IMG/VR virus record: IMGVR_UViG_3300028394_000044
Location: 1 to 64,000 of that record
DNA from: a virus
DNA length: 64,000 nucleotides
Strand: one strand, 5' to 3'
A program made the position numbers and the translations under genes. Below are positions 59,607-64,000 of the stretch, piece by piece; the stretch's first letter is position 1; the number at the start of each line of letters is the position of its first letter. Below the pieces are notes generated by a model. The model was given only the letters and a program-made list of their open reading frames with translations, was not told the DNA's origin and did not search any database.

Positions 59607-59911
59607 TGATACCCGGTGAAGGTCGAAAATTTGATGGTGGTAAACTTGAATATGGTTTACTGCCACCATTAGCACTTGAGGAAACTGTTAAAGTCCTTAC
59701 GTTCGGTGCTCAAAAATATGAACGTGATAATTGGAAAAAAGTACCAGACTCAAAACGCAGGTACTTTGATGCTTTACAGCGACATTTGTGGGCTTGGAAA
59801 CAAGGTGAACAACTTGATCCTGAATCTGGCATCCATCATCTTGCTCATGCAATGTGTTGTTTGATGTTTCTTATGGAACATGATGTGAAATATTCTCTTG
59901 ACAACGAGTGA
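59606..59911 (+). CDS. dATP/dGTP diphosphohydrolase-like protein (DUF5664 family)
   Basis: KFDGGK....LLP..VLTFGAQKY..NW..A..RH..D.ESG.HHLAHA. Confidence 0.8.
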   Translation: MIPGEGRKFDGGKLEYGLLPPLALEETVKVLTFGAQKYERDNWKKVPDSKRRYFDALQRHLWAWKQGEQLDPESGIHHLAHAMCCLMFLMEHDVKYSLDNE

Positions 59912-59926
59912 ATTAAAATGTATAAT
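59898..59926 (+). promoter_or_regulatory. Consensus sigma70 promoter for gp45-44-62-regA
   Basis: TTGACA-17nt-TATAAT. Confidence 0.85.
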
Positions 59927-59945
59927 GAATTTTTTGGAGTATAAA

Positions 59946-60629
59946 ATGAAACTATCTAAAGACACCCTAGGTGTATTAAAAAACTTTGCATCTATCAATG
60001 ATGGAATTATGTTCCGTAAAGGTAGTGTATTGCGTACATGTGATGCACAAAAACAAGTATTGGCAGAAACTACAATCTCAGAAACGATTGATGAAGATTT
60101 TGGTATATATGACTTAAATAAATTTCTTGCTGTTCTAAGTTTACATCAAGATACCTCTCAAGTTGAAATTGATACTGCAACAAAATCTGCTATTATAAAA
60201 GATTCTTCAGGAAGAAGTAAAATTACTTATCGTATATGTGATGCAACGATGATTAAAAACGCATCAGATAAATCAATCAAAATGCCAGATCCAGAAGTAA
60301 CTTTTATTATGAAACAAGAAGACCTTGAATTTAGTATAAGAGCTTCTTCTACTCTTGGCACACCACATATTGCAATAACTTCTGATGGAAATAAAGTATT
60401 TGTTTCTGGACTAGACGATAAAAACACAGCTACCCATAGCAATGAACTTGCAGTTTGCGATGGTAATGGAAAGAAATACAAGATGATTTTTAAGACTGAG
60501 AACATGAAAATGATTCCAGGAGAGTATCAAGTTTCTATCTCCTTCAAAGGTATAGCACATTTCCAAAATACAACAAAACCATTACAATATTGGATAGCAA
60601 CCGAACTAGGTTCTACTGGAGAAATCTAA
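59946..60629 (+). CDS. gp45: Sliding clamp gp45
   Basis: MKLSKDTL.VLKNFASIN; FGIYDLNKFL; YWIA.E; start re-assigned to ATG 59946. Confidence 0.94.
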   Translation: MKLSKDTLGVLKNFASINDGIMFRKGSVLRTCDAQKQVLAETTISETIDEDFGIYDLNKFLAVLSLHQDTSQVEIDTATKSAIIKDSSGRSKITYRICDATMIKNASDKSIKMPDPEVTFIMKQEDLEFSIRASSTLGTPHIAITSDGNKVFVSGLDDKNTATHSNELAVCDGNGKKYKMIFKTENMKMIPGEYQVSISFKGIAHFQNTTKPLQYWIATELGSTGEI

Positions 60630-60802
60630 TGTTCTTCTATGTTACTGACAATTTTTCAACAACTTGGGCTATCAATGTCAATAAAGTAATTAAGATGGTT
60701 GAAAGTAAAAGAATAACCTTGATTTATCTTGATGATGGTGTTATAATTAAAACAACCAGACCAATGGCTGAATTGGTAACACAAATGAACTTGGTTCAGT
60801 GA
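60629..60802 (+). CDS. Small hypothetical protein (FlbD-like pattern)
   Basis: TAATG coupling; IN...VIKM.E...TLIYL.DG. Confidence 0.5.
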   Translation: MFFYVTDNFSTTWAINVNKVIKMVESKRITLIYLDDGVIIKTTRPMAELVTQMNLVQ

Positions 60803-60828
60803 TTTGAATTTTATATTATGGAGTTGTT

Positions 60829-61761
60829 ATGGAACATATGCTTTGGACAGAAAAACATCGTCCAAAAACAATTGAGGAATGCATTCTTCCAGTAAGGCTC
60901 AAAACGCCTTTCCAAGAGTATGTAACCACTGAAAAGATTCCGCACCTGTTGCTATCTGGTGGCGCAGGTGTTGGTAAGACTACCGTTGCTAAAGCAATGT
61001 GTAATGAGATTGATGCCGACTACATTATGATTAACGGTTCTGACGAATCTGGTATTGATGTTTTTCGTACCAAGATTAAGAACTTTGCATCTTCAATGTC
61101 TTTCACTGGCGGTCGTAAGGTCATTATTATTGATGAAGCAGACTATTTGAATCCTAATTCAACACAGCCTGCTTTACGTAATGCAATGGAAGAATTTGCA
61201 AGTAATTGTTCATTCATTTTCACCTGTAACTTTAAGAATCGTATTATTGATCCACTGCATTCACGTTGTGCAGTGGTTGATTTTACCTTGAAGAACGATG
61301 AGAAGACTGCCATGGCTGGTCAATTCTTCAAACGTATCCAATCAATCTTAAATGTTGAATCTGTTGAGTATGAACCTAAAGTAATTGCAGAACTGGTAAA
61401 GAAACACTTTCCAGATTTTCGCCGCATTCTAAATGAGCTACAGCGTTATTCTCAGTTTGGTAAGATTGATACTGGAGTTTTATCTCAAATTGCAGATGTT
61501 TCGATTGGTGAAATTGTAAAGCATTTGAAAGATAAAGACTTTGGTGCAATTCGTAAATGGGTTGCGGTGTCTGATGTTGATCCTGCTACACTGTATCGCA
61601 AATTATATGATAATCTGTATGAAGTTTTGCAACCACAAACTATTCCTCAAGCAGTAATTATTCTTGCAGACTATCAGTACAAACAAGCATTTGTTGCTGA
61701 TGCTGAAATCAATACTGTTGCTTGTTTGACAGAGTTGATGGTGAGTGTGGAATTCAAATGA
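60829..61761 (+). CDS. gp44: Clamp loader large subunit gp44
   Basis: LWTEKHRP; GGAGVGKTT; IDEAD; PLHSRC. Confidence 0.96.
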   Translation: MEHMLWTEKHRPKTIEECILPVRLKTPFQEYVTTEKIPHLLLSGGAGVGKTTVAKAMCNEIDADYIMINGSDESGIDVFRTKIKNFASSMSFTGGRKVIIIDEADYLNPNSTQPALRNAMEEFASNCSFIFTCNFKNRIIDPLHSRCAVVDFTLKNDEKTAMAGQFFKRIQSILNVESVEYEPKVIAELVKKHFPDFRRILNELQRYSQFGKIDTGVLSQIADVSIGEIVKHLKDKDFGAIRKWVAVSDVDPATLYRKLYDNLYEVLQPQTIPQAVIILADYQYKQAFVADAEINTVACLTELMVSVEFK

Positions 61762-62045
61762 TTGAAATTTTTAAACCTACTATAAATTGGATACGTGATG
61801 ATTTTAATTCTCATCCTTTTCGTTTTTTCATTGAGTTGCTTGCTTGGTGCATTTCAATTGGGTGTTCAATCACAATGGCTATTACAGTCCCGAATCCACC
61901 TCTACTTACTCTTTATCCTATTTGGATCTTCGGCTGCGGTCTCTATGCTTGGGCTGCTTTTACTAGGAAATCATTTGGCATGTTGGCTAACTACATGCTA
62001 CTGGTAACAATAGATTCTGTTGGTTTAATTCGGATGCTGACATGA
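61758..62045 (+). CDS. Small integral membrane protein
   Basis: Three to four hydrophobic segments; ATGA overlap with gp44. Confidence 0.6.
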   Translation: MIEIFKPTINWIRDDFNSHPFRFFIELLAWCISIGCSITMAITVPNPPLLTLYPIWIFGCGLYAWAAFTRKSFGMLANYMLLVTIDSVGLIRMLT

Positions 62046-62635
62046 TTAATACCACAATCTTAGGTAAGTCATTGGGTTGGTTCAATAAGAATGAAATCTA
62101 TGAAATGAAAAATCAAATCACTGCGGTTGTGTATTCAATCGCATTTTTGGATGAAAAGCCTGATGAACATGTTTACCCTTTTGATATTGTGGACACAATA
62201 TACTTCGGTATGTCTGGTGGTATGATAAATGATTATAGGTTTGATAGAAAAAACAAAGATACTGGAAAAGGTGTTTTATATTCAATGTTTGCAACAAGAA
62301 TTAAAACCCATTTCAATAATCTGGAAAATATCAAAGATAACTCGGAATTCAAGTACCATCTTTTTTATGAGAAATATCTGCCGAATCTGAATCCTGCTAA
62401 GAGCATTTATGTCAACTTGTTTGTTCCTGATGAAAATAAGATTGAGCATTTTCTGCACCGATCCTTTATCAGCTCAATGGAATCAGAATTCATCCTACAA
62501 TATGGCATCAAGTATGGTAGACTTCCCGTAATGAATCTGGATGAACAATATGATCGCAGTCCAATTAACAAGCAGAGTGTTTCAGGTAGCATGAGGGAAT
62601 TTGTATCCCATAATAGTTTAACGAAGTTTTTATAA
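62042..62635 (+). CDS. GIY-YIG-like nuclease (tentative)
   Basis: VVYS..IYFG..TRIKTH..ESEFI..P.MN matches the order of GIY-YIG catalytic residues (Y,Y/G,R,H,E,N). Confidence 0.45.
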   Translation: MINTTILGKSLGWFNKNEIYEMKNQITAVVYSIAFLDEKPDEHVYPFDIVDTIYFGMSGGMINDYRFDRKNKDTGKGVLYSMFATRIKTHFNNLENIKDNSEFKYHLFYEKYLPNLNPAKSIYVNLFVPDENKIEHFLHRSFISSMESEFILQYGIKYGRLPVMNLDEQYDRSPINKQSVSGSMREFVSHNSLTKFL

Positions 62636-63021
62636 TGAGTAATCCTTTTGACTATGTAAATGAGATTCTTCAAGGTAAGAAACAACTTATTGTTGATGAC
62701 TATACTGAAAAATCCTATGAGCCTTTTTTGACTAATCGTTCTCTATCATACCACAAAGATTGTATCATGTATGCAAATGAGATGAATCGCCGACACTTCC
62801 TCGATAAAAAAATGCAGAATGATTTTTTGCTAAATACTATAAGGTCAAGAAAACGACCTTTTAGTAAGTGGGCTAAATCTGAGAAAAGTGAAGATATGTC
62901 ATGTGTAAAAACCTATTTCAATCTTTCCGATGCTAAAGCACGTGAAGCTCTACGCCTACTTTCTGATGAACAAATTCGAGAGTTGAAAGATAAAACTGAC
63001 ACCGGTGGTTTGAGAAAATAA
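62635..63021 (+). CDS. gp62: Clamp loader small subunit gp62
   Basis: PFDYVN.I; YEPFLTNR.LS..D....ANEMN; RKR.FSKW. Confidence 0.92.
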   Translation: MSNPFDYVNEILQGKKQLIVDDYTEKSYEPFLTNRSLSYHKDCIMYANEMNRRHFLDKKMQNDFLLNTIRSRKRPFSKWAKSEKSEDMSCVKTYFNLSDAKAREALRLLSDEQIRELKDKTDTGGLRK

Positions 63022-63089
63022 CACTTCCAAATGAAGGTTCTTAAACGCTGAATAGTTAGTTACAATAAGAACCTTCAAAAGGCAAAGTG
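63022..63089 (+). promoter_or_regulatory. Long hairpin in the gp62-regA intergenic region
   Basis: Perfect 12-bp IR TGAAGGTTCTTA(63032-43)/TAAGAACCTTCA(63066-77) plus basal CACTT/AAGTG. Confidence 0.6.
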
Positions 63090-63091
63090 AT

Positions 63092-63508
63092 ATGATTGAT
63101 ACAAATGATATTTTTCGTGGTGTAGGAGTTGAAATTCTACTGAATGAACAAGATGATTTCCTTAAAGTCCGAGAGACCCTAACTAGAATTGGTGTCTCCT
63201 CTAGCAAAGAAAAAATTCTATACCAATCTTGCCACATCTTACACAAGCAAGCTAGATACACAATATTACATTTTAAAGAATTGTTTGAGTTGGACGGAAA
63301 ACCATCCAATATTTCTGATAATGACATTGAAAGACGGAATGCAATTGCTAAACTTCTTGAAGAATGGGGTTTAGTGAAGATAATTAAACCAGAACTCATA
63401 GGTGAAAAAATAGCACCTATGCACCAGATTAAGATTATTTCATATCGTGAAAAAGATGGATGGCAGTTGGTAAGCAAATACAATATTGGAAAGAAACCTC
63501 AGGAATGA
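63092..63508 (+). CDS. regA: Translational repressor RegA
   Basis: DDFLKVRETLTRIG; LYQSCHILHK; HFKELF.LDG; RRNAIA.LL. Confidence 0.96.
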   Translation: MIDTNDIFRGVGVEILLNEQDDFLKVRETLTRIGVSSSKEKILYQSCHILHKQARYTILHFKELFELDGKPSNISDNDIERRNAIAKLLEEWGLVKIIKPELIGEKIAPMHQIKIISYREKDGWQLVSKYNIGKKPQE

Positions 63509-63514
63509 TATATT

Positions 63515-63700
63515 ATGAAAAAATTGAAAGAGAAAGTGACCAGACTAAAGAACATTTACACTGGTGAAATCGTTATAACTAGTAACTTGTTTGAGAAAAG
63601 AGTTGATAGTACCATGACATTCATTCAGGTATATACCGAGACCAATCCGCAAAGAAAATTCTTTGTTAACGGCGCGGCTTTTGTTCCGGCGACTAAATAA
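63515..63700 (+). CDS. Small hypothetical protein
   Basis: 61 aa with SD AGGA; LKNIYTGEIV motif. Confidence 0.55.
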   Translation: MKKLKEKVTRLKNIYTGEIVITSNLFEKRVDSTMTFIQVYTETNPQRKFFVNGAAFVPATK

Positions 63701-63703
63701 TAG

Positions 63704-63883
63704 TATCTCGGGGATGGGAACATGGCGATAGTAACCATGTAAATAACTATCACTAATTTAAGAACCCACCTTAGGGCTGTTTGATGCTACGGTAAAAGGC
63801 GTCCGGGCAATTGCACTGTCACCCGTTAGTTGTCCCTGTATTAAGTAAGCAGGACCCAGCTACGCTTTCGGGGTAGCTTTTTA
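63704..63883 (+). ncRNA. Candidate structured RNA (tandem pseudoknots) upstream of hsp20
   Basis: GC-rich 200-nt intergenic region with two H-type pseudoknots, further stems and a terminal hairpin plus T tract; ACTAAATA late-promoter variant at 63692-63699. Confidence 0.6.
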
Positions 63884-63906
63884 ACTTGCTTTTAAAGGAG
63901 AAATTT

Positions 63907-64000
63907 ATGACTAATCTAGGTCGTATTAATTTTGGACCATTGAGTCCAAGTACCGTTGGCTTTGAACGTTTTTTTGATGCGTTTGACCAACTCACCGCGG
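63907..64000 (+). CDS. hsp20: Small heat-shock protein Hsp20 (5' fragment only)
   Basis: SD AAGGAG; ..STVGFERFFDAF N-terminal IbpA-like motif; regA-hsp20 synteny in T4-like aquatic phages. Confidence 0.7.
   Translation, partial: MTNLGRINFGPLSPSTVGFERFFDAFDQLTA

Noticed and set aside
59606-59911. 2-aminoadenine (Z) or 7-deazaguanine genome
   Set aside because: The hydrolase alone is insufficient; purZ, dpdA and que genes are not in this window
27695-61761. ORF-track starts at 27695, 41921, 45082, 49086, 53022, 53924, 57164, 59898, 60590, 61722
   Set aside because: Upstream extensions overlap neighbouring genes or promoters; downstream ATGs with SD or stop-start coupling and family-typical N-termini were used instead
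284-63483. Numerous minus-strand and alternative-frame ORFs in the track (e.g. 5868..6440, 44345..44890, 62956..63483)
   Set aside because: They lie wholly within well-supported + strand genes, have no SD or motif, and are shadows of biased codon usage
63704-63883. tRNA, tmRNA or known small ribozyme
   Set aside because: No cloverleaf or TTCGA T-loop; hammerhead, pistol and HDV core motifs could not be fitted by eye
1-64000. Stop-codon reassignment
   Set aside because: Core genes are full-length in code 11 and end at expected TAA/TGA codons

Overview
This window is a 64-kb segment of a large, AT-rich T4-like (Tevenvirinae/cyanomyovirus-type architecture) myophage genome. Almost everything is encoded on the + strand in the standard genetic code. 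Order: (1) 1-5.3 kb, 5'-truncated giant VrlC/DUF4815-like virion protein. (2) 5.3-30.9 kb, an unusually large receptor-binding locus of about 24 genes: several long fibres (three with C-terminal S74 chaperones), two polyglycine adhesin/partner pairs, small adaptors and chaperones. These genes share Ala/Asn-rich repeats and paired N-/C-terminal modules. (3) 31-45.6 kb, the canonical T4 morphogenesis block gp13-14-15-16-[Dps]-17-18-19-20-67-68-21-22-23-3, with TATAAATA late promoters. (4) 45.7-64 kb, recombination/replication/transcription genes uvsY, uvsW, gp55, gp47, gp46, gp45, gp44, gp62, regA and the start of hsp20, driven by sigma70-type promoters. Accessory genes are interspersed: TagD, peptide deformylase, a TAGT-like glycosyltransferase + SAM methyltransferase cassette, a CobT/CobS-like pair, a GT-A enzyme, a dATP/dGTP diphosphohydrolase and a GIY-YIG-like protein. 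The most notable unexplained signals are the modular 'plug-and-socket' fibre array with nucleotide-conserved module boundaries, a pseudoknot-rich ~180-nt RNA upstream of hsp20 (plus a second pseudoknot at 58.4 kb), an antisense sigma70 promoter upstream of gp55, and a candidate DNA hypermodification cassette. All family assignments are from motif recognition and synteny by eye; no database searches were run.
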